Part shown: one piece after another, positions 30,677 to 40,811 of the stretch
Position numbering within the stretch: the stretch's first letter is position 1
How the letters are laid out: each line of letters starts with the position of its first letter
Assembly: GCA_963722385.1 (NCBI GenBank)
Contig: CAVRKK010000002.1
Coordinates: 576,001-640,000 of the forward strand
Direction of reading: 5' to 3'
Length of the DNA: 64,000 nucleotides
DNA from: an uncultured bacterium
GTDB lineage: Bacteria; Babelota; Babeliae; Babelales; Babelaceae
Notes under the pieces: model-generated
What the model saw: only the letters and a program-made list of their open reading frames with translations
What the model was told of the DNA's origin: nothing
The model's database searches: none
Made by a program: the position numbers and the translations under genes

Positions 30677-31940
30677 CGTCTTTATTATGCTGTACTAAAC
30701 ATACCAAGGGCGCAAGTGTTGCCATAAGAGAGCTATGCTTGAGAGAGCTTGCAGCATTGGTTGTTCCTGTACCTGTGCCTGTGGTTGCGCTGCTTGTACC
30801 TGTTGTACTGCTTGTACTGGTACTTGTGCTTGAGCAGCCAGAAGTGGCCACTACAAATACAGTGACATTATTTGATATTTCATTAGCAGTGGCTACATAA
30901 TTACCTGATGGTGAGAAAGTCACTGAAAAAGGAGCTGAAGAATCAGCAGGCAAAGCATAGGTTATGCCTCCGCTTAATACTCCCCCTGCTTCTACCTGAA
31001 ATAGTGTTACATCACCATTAGTATAACCATTATTAGCAGTTGCTAAATAATTGCCTGATGGCGCGAATGCTACTGACTGGGGCTTTATAGAATTAGGTAA
31101 AGGGTATGATGTTGCATTACTTAAGACCCCTCCTGATCCTACTTGAAATACTGTTACATTACCAGTATTACCATTTGAAGTACTGTTAGCAGTAGCAAGA
31201 TAAGAACCATCTGGTGAAAAAGCTATTGATTGAGGCCCGGTAGAATTATAAGGTAAAGCATAGGAGGTTCCTCCACTTAAGGCTCCTCCTGTTCCTACTG
31301 TAAATACTGTTACATCATTTGAACTACTGTTAGCGGTAGCTACATAAGAACCATTAGGTGAAAATGCTATTGAGGCAGGATAGGTAGAACTGGCAGGCAA
31401 AGCATAATTAGTGCCTTCACTCAATACGCCTCCGGCTTCTACCTGAAATACGGTTAGATCATTCGAGGCGGGATTAGTAGTAACAAGATAAGAACCTGAT
31501 GGTGAAAATGCTATTGAGAGAGGATTCCCAGAACCATTAGGTAAAGCATATGAAGCGCTTCCGCTTAATACGCCTCCTGATCCTACCTGAAATATGGTAA
31601 CATTGACTTGGTAATAATTAGCGGTAGCCAGATATGTACCTGATGGCGAAAATGCTAGTGATTTAGGTTCTGAAGGATTATAAGGTAAAACATATGATGT
31701 GCCTTGACTTAATACCCCGCCTGCTCCTACTTGAAATATTGTTACATTATTTGAAGAGTCATTAGCAGTAGCCACATAATTTTCTGATGGTGAGAATACT
31801 GCTAAAAAAGGAGCTGTAGAATGAGCAGGCAAAGCATAGGAGTTACCTGGTAATAAGCAGGTGCTGTTAGAATCTAAGCTGTTAGAATCTAAGCTTACCG
31901 TAAGATATAATGTTAGACTGAGTAAAATAGCAATTTTCAT
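30669..31940 (-). CDS. Secreted 7-bladed beta-propeller (lactonase-like) protein with Ser/Thr stalk and hydrophobic tail
   Basis: Seven ~49-aa SxAFSPxGxYLATAN...VTxFQV repeats and a signal peptide. Confidence 0.88.
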   Translation of the reverse strand: MKIAILLSLTLYLTVSLDSNSLDSNSTCLLPGNSYALPAHSTAPFLAVFSPSENYVATANDSSNNVTIFQVGAGGVLSQGTSYVLPYNPSEPKSLAFSPSGTYLATANYYQVNVTIFQVGSGGVLSGSASYALPNGSGNPLSIAFSPSGSYLVTTNPASNDLTVFQVEAGGVLSEGTNYALPASSTYPASIAFSPNGSYVATANSSSNDVTVFTVGTGGALSGGTSYALPYNSTGPQSIAFSPDGSYLATANSTSNGNTGNVTVFQVGSGGVLSNATSYPLPNSIKPQSVAFAPSGNYLATANNGYTNGDVTLFQVEAGGVLSGGITYALPADSSAPFSVTFSPSGNYVATANEISNNVTVFVVATSGCSSTSTSTSSTTGTSSATTGTGTGTTNAASSLKHSSLMATLAPLVCLVQHNKDGQ

Positions 31941-32391
31941 AAAAGCTCCATTTGTTATTTATAAATAGACTGTTACCGTAAAATTGGATAGTAATTAGGT
32001 CATATTTTACTCTCCTATAATATTTTGAAATTCTTCTTTGCTTTGTAGTATCACCTTGTATGGGCATATTTTTCATGCTAAAACTTAGAAGAAAAACAAT
32101 CAATTGCTTTAATACATTATCACATAAATAGAGACTTACAAGGCGGCTATATTCTTAAGAAAAGACCATTTTCTGAATCAGCGCGTATAAACTGAAGGGA
32201 ATATTTAGGGACATTGCAGCGGTTATTGGTAGCCTTTGGCGCAGATGTGTCATTTGTTGATGCTGCCAAAAAAACAAAGGAGAGCATTATGGTATCGATA
32301 TCCCAGGCTCATTGTCGAGAAGCATGCACGTAATATGAAGCATTTCATTGCTGCTTAACATTGACATATGAAGTAATGGTATTTTGACACA

Positions 32392-33654
32392 TTAAGAAAT
32401 TTTGGCAAGCATTTCCGCTACCTGTGTCTGCTGAACGCGACTTTCTTCACCCGTTTTCATATTTTTTACCGTTACGGTGTGATTTTGTTGCTCATCGGAG
32501 CCAATCAGGAGGCAGGTTGCTGCCTGGCGAGCATCAGCCTTACGCATCATGCTCTTAAGCGAGCCTGTCTCAAGGAAAACGTCAATGCGCAAATTATGGG
32601 CATGTAACTCATCAGCTAGATGGAGCGCAAGAGCTTGCTGTTCTTCTGCCAAGGGAATTATGATGTGCAGAGCAGGCAAGGCGAGCAGCGGTAGCTGCTC
32701 TTGGTGAGCTTCAAGCAACAATACCAAGCGCTCGATACCCAATCCCGCGCCGATTGCCGAATAATCTTGGGAACTTCCCAACTGACGAGCAACCATGTCG
32801 TAACGGCCGCCAGCGCAAAAGGCACTTTGCGCACCAAGCGCTTGATGGGCGATAAACTCAAAGACAACTTTGTTGTAATAATCAAGCCCTCTCACGAGCT
32901 GGGGAACATGGGTATACACAATCGAAAGTTCCGTTAAAAGTCTGCCAATAAGCTGCCATTCATGGGCACAGGCGCTACAAAGGCTATCCGTGATAACGGG
33001 TGCTGATTTATAAAGTGCTTGGCAGGCCGGAATTTTACAATCAAGAATACGCAATATGTTCCGTTCTTGCCTGACCATACATAACTGGCATAAGGCAGAA
33101 GCGTGCTCTGCCAAAAAGGTTCGTAATACTTCTTTATAGCGCACGCGGTCTTCAGGACAACCCACGAAGTTAATGATAAGCGCGTACGAATCAAGCTTAA
33201 GCTCTTGGCTAAATAACCGATCAAGCATAGCGATAAAGTAAGCATCACCAGCCGGCGACGACGCGCCAATAACCTCGGCGCTCACCTGGTAAAATTCGCG
33301 GAAGCGGCCCTTTTGCGGGCGCTCATGTCGAAAAAGTGGCCCGTACGTAAATACCTTCCAAGGTGTTAGGTGAACGCTACCATTTAAAAAAGCCCGCATT
33401 ACCGGAGCTGTCAGCTCGGGCCGCAGGCAAATATCTTCTTCATGATGCTCCTTCGAGCTCACAAAATATATCTCCTTGCTTACAATATCCGTTTGCTCGC
33501 CTACCGTTCTAAGAAAAAGCTCAGTTCTTTCAAGTATCGGCGTTAAGATCTCGGCAAAATTGTATTTTTGAAGATGTTCGCGAATTTTATTCAGTAAAAA
33601 ATTTCTTAGTTGCAGGTTAAGAATGTCTTGAGTACCTTTAACACGAGTAATCAT
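32392..33654 (-). CDS. hisS: Histidine--tRNA ligase
   Basis: RVKGTQD, LRPELTA, FRHERPQKGRFREF, LVRGLDYY, GGRYD. Confidence 0.97.
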   Translation of the reverse strand: MITRVKGTQDILNLQLRNFLLNKIREHLQKYNFAEILTPILERTELFLRTVGEQTDIVSKEIYFVSSKEHHEEDICLRPELTAPVMRAFLNGSVHLTPWKVFTYGPLFRHERPQKGRFREFYQVSAEVIGASSPAGDAYFIAMLDRLFSQELKLDSYALIINFVGCPEDRVRYKEVLRTFLAEHASALCQLCMVRQERNILRILDCKIPACQALYKSAPVITDSLCSACAHEWQLIGRLLTELSIVYTHVPQLVRGLDYYNKVVFEFIAHQALGAQSAFCAGGRYDMVARQLGSSQDYSAIGAGLGIERLVLLLEAHQEQLPLLALPALHIIIPLAEEQQALALHLADELHAHNLRIDVFLETGSLKSMMRKADARQAATCLLIGSDEQQNHTVTVKNMKTGEESRVQQTQVAEMLAKIS

Positions 33655-33727
33655 GCGTTCCTTTGAGATTTTCTTGTATATTTTTTGCCGAGCGTGCTAA
33701 AAAGAAAGAAGCAAGAGGGGGGGTTAT

Positions 33728-35191
33728 ATGGGCACTTACAAGATGCTTATTTTAGGGTTTTTTTGCGCTGTTGCTCAAGCACAACAACGGAGCCAAACTT
33801 TTCTTACGGTGCCGCCGCCCTTTCAATCAGGCTCGCCTATGCGCGAATCGTTTATTCGTATGCCTGTTAATGGCAATCTGTCTTTTATGCAGGTTGTTCC
33901 TTTCGGCGGCCACTCGCTCAGTCCTGAAAGTATTGCTGAGTTTTTCTTGCCTTCGGGCAAGTCGGCGCTTCTTGTTGCCGAGGATCTTGCGCCGGGCAGC
34001 GACATGAGGGACCTTGCTGCCAGTCATTTTAACATAAAAACCAAAGAAGGTACATTCAAGAGCCGATTGCACTTTAAGGCGTCGCACCAGTTTGCCGGCG
34101 TTGGCTTAGCCTACCGGCAACAGCTAACTGAGCGGTGGTGGGTTGAAGTGGGAGGCCCCTTTGTTCATGTAGAGCAGACATTCAACTTTACGGAAAAAAT
34201 CATTGATAACGGTGATGGCCCGGTGCGTGAGCTTGGGCTTGATAATAGTCCAAGGGTCGGCTGTATGACCGCGGCATTTAAGCAAAGCACCTGGAGGTTT
34301 GGCAAAAGTGATAAGCGGCTCAAGTTATCTAAAGATGGCTTTGCCGATCTGGAAGTTAAGGCAGGCTATCAGGCACGTGCTGATGAAAAGATTCGGCTTT
34401 ATGGCTACGCCGGCTTTGTTTTTCCTACGGGCAATAAGCCAAACGCTCAATTTGTATTTGAGCCTATGGTTGGCAACAATCAGCATTACGGAGTTCTCTA
34501 TGGCTCGCATATCGGCCTTTCGGCATGGTGTCGTGGCGAGCACATCCTTTCGCTCGCCGTTGATTTTCAAACACGGTATCTCTTTAGCAACCATCAGCTC
34601 CGTTCATTTGATTTAAAAGATAAAGAGTTTAGCCGCTATATTGAGAGTTACAAAAATCCAGAGCAGGCGCAGCAGGCTTTTGATACCCAGGACCCTAACT
34701 CCGGCACTTCGGGCATTAATATTTTTACCAAGCAGGTTAAGGTCTTCCCTGGCCTTTCTTTATCATTTTTAAGCGCCTTTCTGTATAACTACAAAAGGCT
34801 TGAAGTAGAAGTTGGCTCGTATTTTTATGCTCGCCAAGCTGAAAAGGTGGAAATTCGTTGGGAAAGGCTCGCCGATGTTAAAGATGTTGCCGGCCGCGGA
34901 CAAACAAATCGCGCCCGTACCATGAGTGAGGATTTTAAGAAATCTGCTATTCCGTTTGTCGAAGATGAGCCACCTTTTAGGGGTTATACCCCGCTTGCCG
35001 GGCGTAACATTGATAGCTTTTCGCCAGCAAGCCCAGCGTTTTTATCCTACACTGCTTATGCGGCGCTCGGCTACTATGTGAGTGATGGTGATTACCCCAT
35101 TCTCATCGGCCTTGGCGCCTCGTATGAAGTTCCTGCTACCCGAGGCTTGAGCGAATGGGCAAGCTGGGGCAAATGTTCTGTTCAGTTTTAA
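33728..35191 (+). CDS. Hypothetical secreted/outer-membrane protein, paralog of 39239-40759
   Basis: Shared motifs HFNIxTK, PTGNKP, GNNxHxG, RYLFxNHQLRSxDL; C-terminal Phe. Confidence 0.8.
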   Translation: MGTYKMLILGFFCAVAQAQQRSQTFLTVPPPFQSGSPMRESFIRMPVNGNLSFMQVVPFGGHSLSPESIAEFFLPSGKSALLVAEDLAPGSDMRDLAASHFNIKTKEGTFKSRLHFKASHQFAGVGLAYRQQLTERWWVEVGGPFVHVEQTFNFTEKIIDNGDGPVRELGLDNSPRVGCMTAAFKQSTWRFGKSDKRLKLSKDGFADLEVKAGYQARADEKIRLYGYAGFVFPTGNKPNAQFVFEPMVGNNQHYGVLYGSHIGLSAWCRGEHILSLAVDFQTRYLFSNHQLRSFDLKDKEFSRYIESYKNPEQAQQAFDTQDPNSGTSGINIFTKQVKVFPGLSLSFLSAFLYNYKRLEVEVGSYFYARQAEKVEIRWERLADVKDVAGRGQTNRARTMSEDFKKSAIPFVEDEPPFRGYTPLAGRNIDSFSPASPAFLSYTAYAALGYYVSDGDYPILIGLGASYEVPATRGLSEWASWGKCSVQF

Positions 35192-35360
35192 GATTGAGCT
35201 TGTTGTTCTGTATGGTGAGCATATTCTCTCTTTTGTTTTTCTAAATCGTTAATTCTATTTTGTTTAATTTTTATTGACAAATAAGCATTCATATTTGCTA
35301 TCTTAAAAACAAGAAGCAGCTGACGAATTCGGTAGCTAAAAAATTAAACCGAGGGGTACG

Positions 35361-36800
35361 ATGAAGATAATAAGAAATTTAGTTCTTACTGGTATGCTTG
35401 TACTGGGCTTCAGCTTGGTGCATGGGGTAGAGGGTGATGAAGACCTCTATACCTTATATCACCGCATATTTGTGGATACGACCAAAGATAATATCCCCTT
35501 TAGGGATCTTCTGGTCGAAATATATCACCGGCTGCCAACCGATACCGAACATGAAAAACAGCTGAAGCAAAAGCTTAAAAAACAATTTGAAAAAAAGTTT
35601 GGCAGTGTTCCTGAGGAAGTTGAGCTGCCTCCCCAAATTGAGCTGCCTCCCTTAGAGAAGTACATTGACAATAACAATCCTAAACGGGCTTTGGAATTGT
35701 CAGTTGGGTCCCTTATCGACAAGCGCAAATATAAGCAAATTCTGCGTACCATTCTTGAGCAGATTATACCATCTGTTAAATCTTCCAAGAGTATTGGGAT
35801 TTATAGTGCTCTCTATGATGCCTACGTTAATTACAATTTTCTTGTTGATGCCGACCGAGGTCTCTTAGCGAGAGCGACAGAAGCTATTAAAACAATACAA
35901 AAAAATATTAAGAATGCGAGTGAGCAAGATGGCAAGATAGCGGATGAAATAGCAGCACTTTATGAAAAAAACAATTATGAGCAGATCTTAATACGTCGCG
36001 GCAACATTGCCGTCGATAGATTTAAAGAAGGGCTTGATAAAATACGCGTACATCATCCAGAACAGAAAACAACACCGGCACTTATTGAGTATCAGTTAGA
36101 AAAATACTTGGAATCACCAATCGAGAGCGGAACTTGGAAGTATAACATAACGGCACCGCTGCCATCACCGCTCGAGCTCTTACTTGTCCCCTTGCTTGCA
36201 ATACAATTAGAATTAGGGCCTAAGATGAGTGAGGGTTTGATCCCTCTTGAAAATAAAGCACAAGGACAGTGGGCACGCTTTATAGGTATTACAGGCGACA
36301 ACGGCAGTCTTCCGAGTAGCACAGAAACGGTATCCCTAAATCAATTTAATAGACAGGCGATGCTTGATCTGCTTGCTCGCCGGCTCGAGCTTACGCTTCA
36401 CGCCATGATTCGGTTCGCCGATGTTCAGGAGCCTTCTGATATCAATCTCAAGCAAGTTTATCCGCCCATTTTAAAGAAGCTCCGATTGCTTTTTTGCGGT
36501 AGCATTGAACCAACATTGTGCAGCAAGGATCCTTTCAGCGAAAGAATGAAAACATTATTCTGTGATTTCGATAAATCTGATTGTCAAAAACAGATTGTTT
36601 CCACGCTTTACACGTATCTTGTATTTAGCCTTGTGGCATATGCTTCCCTTAATTACCGACAAAATACGAAACTTATAGTGGAGGCGCTGAAGGCGCTTGG
36701 CAATTTACGCTATCGCTGGGCAGGGCCTGAAGAAAGCTGGAAACTGGACCAATTGCCTTTTATGCTTGACCCCTATCCCCGCAAAAAGGAGGCTGCATGA
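35361..36800 (+). CDS. Hypothetical secreted helical protein
   Basis: GAGGGG RBS, signal peptide, 479-aa ORF. Confidence 0.8.
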   Translation: MKIIRNLVLTGMLVLGFSLVHGVEGDEDLYTLYHRIFVDTTKDNIPFRDLLVEIYHRLPTDTEHEKQLKQKLKKQFEKKFGSVPEEVELPPQIELPPLEKYIDNNNPKRALELSVGSLIDKRKYKQILRTILEQIIPSVKSSKSIGIYSALYDAYVNYNFLVDADRGLLARATEAIKTIQKNIKNASEQDGKIADEIAALYEKNNYEQILIRRGNIAVDRFKEGLDKIRVHHPEQKTTPALIEYQLEKYLESPIESGTWKYNITAPLPSPLELLLVPLLAIQLELGPKMSEGLIPLENKAQGQWARFIGITGDNGSLPSSTETVSLNQFNRQAMLDLLARRLELTLHAMIRFADVQEPSDINLKQVYPPILKKLRLLFCGSIEPTLCSKDPFSERMKTLFCDFDKSDCQKQIVSTLYTYLVFSLVAYASLNYRQNTKLIVEALKALGNLRYRWAGPEESWKLDQLPFMLDPYPRKKEAA

Positions 36801-37483
36801 TTAATTTTTACCAAAAGCACATTACGCAAGCACTTTGCATCCTTTCCATTTTTTGTGGGACTCATAAACTCTCTGCAGGCGGGCCAGCTGCTGCCAATGA
36901 CCCACACTATTATTATGGCATAATGCTGTCTAATGCTCAGACAGCTCATGATCCCCACGAGCAGATGGAACAGTTTTTGGCGGGGTCATGGAATTTGTTA
37001 CCAGAGTATTCCGACCGGGACAAGCGGGACAAGAAGCGACGGGCCGACCAGTTCGCGAGTAAGTACGGTAAAAATCTTACTGATATTAAGCTCGTATTAC
37101 CTGAAAATGCGCAGAAGCAGCTGTGCGGCACCATCTGCCAAGAAACATGTAATGTTCAGTTGTCGGAAGCAAAAGAAAAGCACATCCAGGATTTGCAGGC
37201 TTCTCTTAAGGAAGCGGCGGGCAAATTTAGCAAGAGCCAGCTAAACCTTCTGGTGAAGTATGATGCATATTTAGCCCGTAAAAAATCAAAAACTGAGCAA
37301 GATATTGAGTCGGTGATAAACAGGCTCATCGAGGCATGGCAGTCAACGCAAGAAGCAGCAGAAAACCTTCGACTGGAGCTCGTGAGCGTCTCCGGTATTA
37401 AGGATTTCCCGCCTCTACGTATTAAGAATGGGAATAATATTCAAGCAACTGTTGAGCAGCTTAAAAGCTTAGCGGGTAGCTAG
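36797..37483 (+). CDS. Hypothetical secreted coiled-coil protein
   Basis: AGGAGG RBS, ATGA overlap with the upstream gene, signal peptide. Confidence 0.78.
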   Translation: MINFYQKHITQALCILSIFCGTHKLSAGGPAAANDPHYYYGIMLSNAQTAHDPHEQMEQFLAGSWNLLPEYSDRDKRDKKRRADQFASKYGKNLTDIKLVLPENAQKQLCGTICQETCNVQLSEAKEKHIQDLQASLKEAAGKFSKSQLNLLVKYDAYLARKKSKTEQDIESVINRLIEAWQSTQEAAENLRLELVSVSGIKDFPPLRIKNGNNIQATVEQLKSLAGS

Positions 37484-39040
37484 ATTTATGAATATATCTG
37501 CTCGAGGTAAGCCATGTATACGCACATCATGAGCATAATCCTTATTTACCATCAAAAGTGTTTGACAGTTAATGCCAGAATTGCCCGTCCACACGGTATA
37601 CGTTAAAATTTTTATGCCCTCAAGGCTAAAAGGGGGCTTGGTAAGATCAATGGGACGATAATCACCACGCTTAATGGGATGATTAAGCTGATCAAGCGGT
37701 GAAAGCCCGTTTGTGATAAGGCAATATTTATACTTCTTGAATTGTGCTATAATTGACTGAATATCTTCGTTGGTCAAATGCTGCAGGACATCTTTACAGA
37801 GAAGTAAATCAGCAGCGGGTAATTCGTGTTGGAGTGCATCAAGCTGCTCAAAGTGGATATGGTCATTTTCGTAAAATAATTTATTTTGCTCAATAACACG
37901 CGCTACAACGTCAAAACCACGATATTCTATGCCATTCCAGTCGATATGGCTCAAGAACTCCCAGATGCCACAACCGAGATCTACAACCGAGTTTATCTTG
38001 TTATCTCTTAAAAAGTTTTGAAGTATGTGCCGATAATTTTGCGTTGATTCAAGTGTGGAGCCGGGGTCAGAAATGCCAGCCTGCTCTTTGCGGTTATATA
38101 TGTCGGTAAAGATCTCTGTCGAGTCACGGTTGGCGAGAAGTGAGAGATAAGTCAATTGTTTATTTATCATTGGCGAAGGCGACCTATGTCCCAAAAATTT
38201 ATTAACCCAGGGCTCTTGGGCAAGCTTTTGAGCGGTATCGGCACGCGTGATGTGTCCATAAATTTCTCGATTATCCAAAATTTGCTCAATCCCGTTTTTT
38301 CGCGCTATGCGGCTAAATTTAACATATTCATGGTGCGCAGAACCATCATCATAAAAAAGTTTTGGCGCCACATTCTGCCGAACAAGATAGGTGCCATTAA
38401 CCACAGGTACCGGAATAAGCCCTTTAACCGTCTGGTGCACGAGGAGGTAATAGTGTGGGCAATCAGCATAATAGCCGTGGGGATCAATGCATGAATGGTA
38501 ATTAGACCATGTTGCGGCTCCCCCCGTTCTCAGTAACGGAGCTATTACTGGCTTGTCGGCTTTGAGAAGCACTTCAAGCGTCGAGGGAAGAATAAAATGG
38601 CTATCATCGACAACAAAATAGTGTGAGTGATGAAGGCAGGCCCAATCAAGCGACCTTTGGCGAACGTTGCTCCACACCGCAAAGCGCCTTGAACCCCACG
38701 TTTCCGCATCATTCCAATGGGCTCGTTCTTCCTCATCACCATAATCAACGTGAACGTCAAGGTAGAGTGGCTTTATCTGCGTAAGCCATTCCTCAAGCAT
38801 TGGCACAAAGTCCCACTTTTTATCATTTATATATACATATAAGCGAATCCTGTCTTTGGGAAATGTTTGATTTTCTATGCTTGAAATATAAAGTGGTACC
38901 GTTGCTGGCCGATTTCGGAAGAGCAGCGCAATAGTCACCGTTTCGGATTGGTCTGCTGCATTGATTTCGGTGATTTCTGATCCTCTCAAAGCGCATGAAA
39001 ATAAAAGCAAAGTTGCGCATAAAAAGCGATTCAAGCTCAT
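37469..39040 (-). CDS. Secreted fusion: collagen-galactosyltransferase-like GT-A domain + class I SAM-dependent methyltransferase
   Basis: N-terminal TVTIALLFRN...FPKDRI...VIAPLL...WSNYH...VPVVNGTYL; C-terminal SVVDLGCG...DLLLCKDVLQHL. Likely start MSLNRF after GGGGAG. Confidence 0.8.
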   Translation of the reverse strand: MSLNRFLCATLLLFSCALRGSEITEINAADQSETVTIALLFRNRPATVPLYISSIENQTFPKDRIRLYVYINDKKWDFVPMLEEWLTQIKPLYLDVHVDYGDEEERAHWNDAETWGSRRFAVWSNVRQRSLDWACLHHSHYFVVDDSHFILPSTLEVLLKADKPVIAPLLRTGGAATWSNYHSCIDPHGYYADCPHYYLLVHQTVKGLIPVPVVNGTYLVRQNVAPKLFYDDGSAHHEYVKFSRIARKNGIEQILDNREIYGHITRADTAQKLAQEPWVNKFLGHRSPSPMINKQLTYLSLLANRDSTEIFTDIYNRKEQAGISDPGSTLESTQNYRHILQNFLRDNKINSVVDLGCGIWEFLSHIDWNGIEYRGFDVVARVIEQNKLFYENDHIHFEQLDALQHELPAADLLLCKDVLQHLTNEDIQSIIAQFKKYKYCLITNGLSPLDQLNHPIKRGDYRPIDLTKPPFSLEGIKILTYTVWTGNSGINCQTLLMVNKDYAHDVRIHGLPRADIFINLATR

Positions 39041-39238
39041 ACTACTCCCCTTTAAAGTTCTCTCGAATAACCTCTTATTCATAAGTGATCTACTATAGTA
39101 TTTTTATCGCCGAACAACAAGCAGATATTTTTGCTTTCAATCAAAATTTTCCTTTATTTCTTAAGGTGTGCTGTGCTAGAAAAGATCAAGGGCATTTTTA
39201 TACGTTTATAGCCAACTGTTTACCAAAAGGAGAGACTG

Positions 39239-40759
39239 ATGCGCACACGCCTACTTATAGCGCTGCTTATGATAGCAGGTAGCTGTAATATTCACGGTTA
39301 CCATTTTTCGGGGCTTAGTTTTTTTTCTGTCCGAACACCTTTTCAAACAGCTTCTCCTGAGAAAGAAGCTCTCTGGCATTATGATGCTCTTGATAACGAC
39401 GAATGCAGAGGTGGTAGCATAGAGATAGTTCCTTTTGGCGGCAAGTATATTGAGCAAGAAATTGCGTTAGGTGAGGGTGACGGCCTTGGCCATTACTTTG
39501 CACCTTATGGCAAGGTGAAGCTCGACGTTGTTGAATTTAAGCCAGGCATACGTTCTTCAACCAAGGATGTCGATCGCACGATTCGGTCGGTTGAGGCACG
39601 CCATTTTAATATAGAAACAAAATCCGCAACAGAGACATTTAGAAGCACGCTTCACTTAAGACCACACCACTCTTTTGTCGGCGTCGGCTTTGCATGGAGG
39701 CAGCGGTTCTGGAATTCATATTGGTTTGATATCTCGGCCCCTGTTGAGCATGTGAAAAATAGGGTTGATATTAATGAAAAAATCATCAACACCGGTGGCG
39801 GCGCGGTCGATAAAATTGGTTTAAGTGGCGAGCGGCGCTTTGGCTCGATAACTGAGGCATTTCGCCATAAAGGTATGGAATTTGGGCTTATAGACTCAAC
39901 TGAGCATACCAAGACAGGTGTTGCCGATGTGGAAGTAAGAATAGGCTGGGACGGCTACAATAGCGGCGATGCCCATTATCGGTCATACATTGGTGGCGTA
40001 TTGCCAACAGGCAATAAACCAGACCCGCGATTTCTCTTTGCACCCGTTATTGGTAACAATAAGCACTTTGGGGTAATGTTCGGCGGCAACATGGGCTTTA
40101 TGCTTTGGATGTCGGGCAACCATCTCCTGCGCCATGAAATTGACAGCCAAGGTCGCTATCTCTTCCCAAATCATCAGCTACGCTCAATTGATCTATGGGG
40201 CAAGCCATGGAGCCGTTACATGGAGACCTATTCAAGCGCTCGGCAAGCAGAAAAGGCCTTTTTGCATGACGACCCAAATGCAGGGACCTTCGGCATTAAT
40301 GTATTTACGACGAACGTGAAGGTGAAGCCGCGCTTTGCTACAACGTTTAATACCGCTTTGATTTATGAGTACTGCGACTACTTAACGGCAGAGGCTGGCT
40401 ATAACTTCTTCGCACGCCAGGGAGAAACGATTGAATTTGTCAATTTTGACCATAACATTGCTTTGAAACATGTTGATGGCAAGGGCTTAACAACAAAGTC
40501 ACGTACTATTGGCGAAAATTTTGAAAAAGACAAGATTCCGTTTAAGGAATTTAGAACGTTAACGAAGAAAGACTTTGATCTTAATTCTGCGGCACACCCA
40601 CCGGTGATTTCGCAGATATTGTACGCTGCCCTCGGCTATCGGTGCATGGAATTCTGCTACCCGACGAACTTTTCCGTAGGTGGTTCATATGAATTTTCTC
40701 ACAGTAATGGTGGGTTGAGGCGATGGATGGTTTGGGGTAAAGCAGCCATCGATTTCTAA
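39239..40759 (+). CDS. Hypothetical secreted/outer-membrane protein, paralog of 33728-35191
   Basis: Signal peptide, shared motifs, ends WGKAAIDF. Confidence 0.8.
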   Translation: MRTRLLIALLMIAGSCNIHGYHFSGLSFFSVRTPFQTASPEKEALWHYDALDNDECRGGSIEIVPFGGKYIEQEIALGEGDGLGHYFAPYGKVKLDVVEFKPGIRSSTKDVDRTIRSVEARHFNIETKSATETFRSTLHLRPHHSFVGVGFAWRQRFWNSYWFDISAPVEHVKNRVDINEKIINTGGGAVDKIGLSGERRFGSITEAFRHKGMEFGLIDSTEHTKTGVADVEVRIGWDGYNSGDAHYRSYIGGVLPTGNKPDPRFLFAPVIGNNKHFGVMFGGNMGFMLWMSGNHLLRHEIDSQGRYLFPNHQLRSIDLWGKPWSRYMETYSSARQAEKAFLHDDPNAGTFGINVFTTNVKVKPRFATTFNTALIYEYCDYLTAEAGYNFFARQGETIEFVNFDHNIALKHVDGKGLTTKSRTIGENFEKDKIPFKEFRTLTKKDFDLNSAAHPPVISQILYAALGYRCMEFCYPTNFSVGGSYEFSHSNGGLRRWMVWGKAAIDF

Positions 40760-40811
40760 AAGTGGATTTCTAGCGCTAACAGGGAAAAACTGTTAGCGAG
40801 CGTGTTCGCAG

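Noticed and set aside
32170..32358. Possible ankyrin remnant (LQRLLVAFGADVSFVD); similar LRYGANP at about 50480-50520 (minus)
   Set aside because: Too short and degenerate to support as features.
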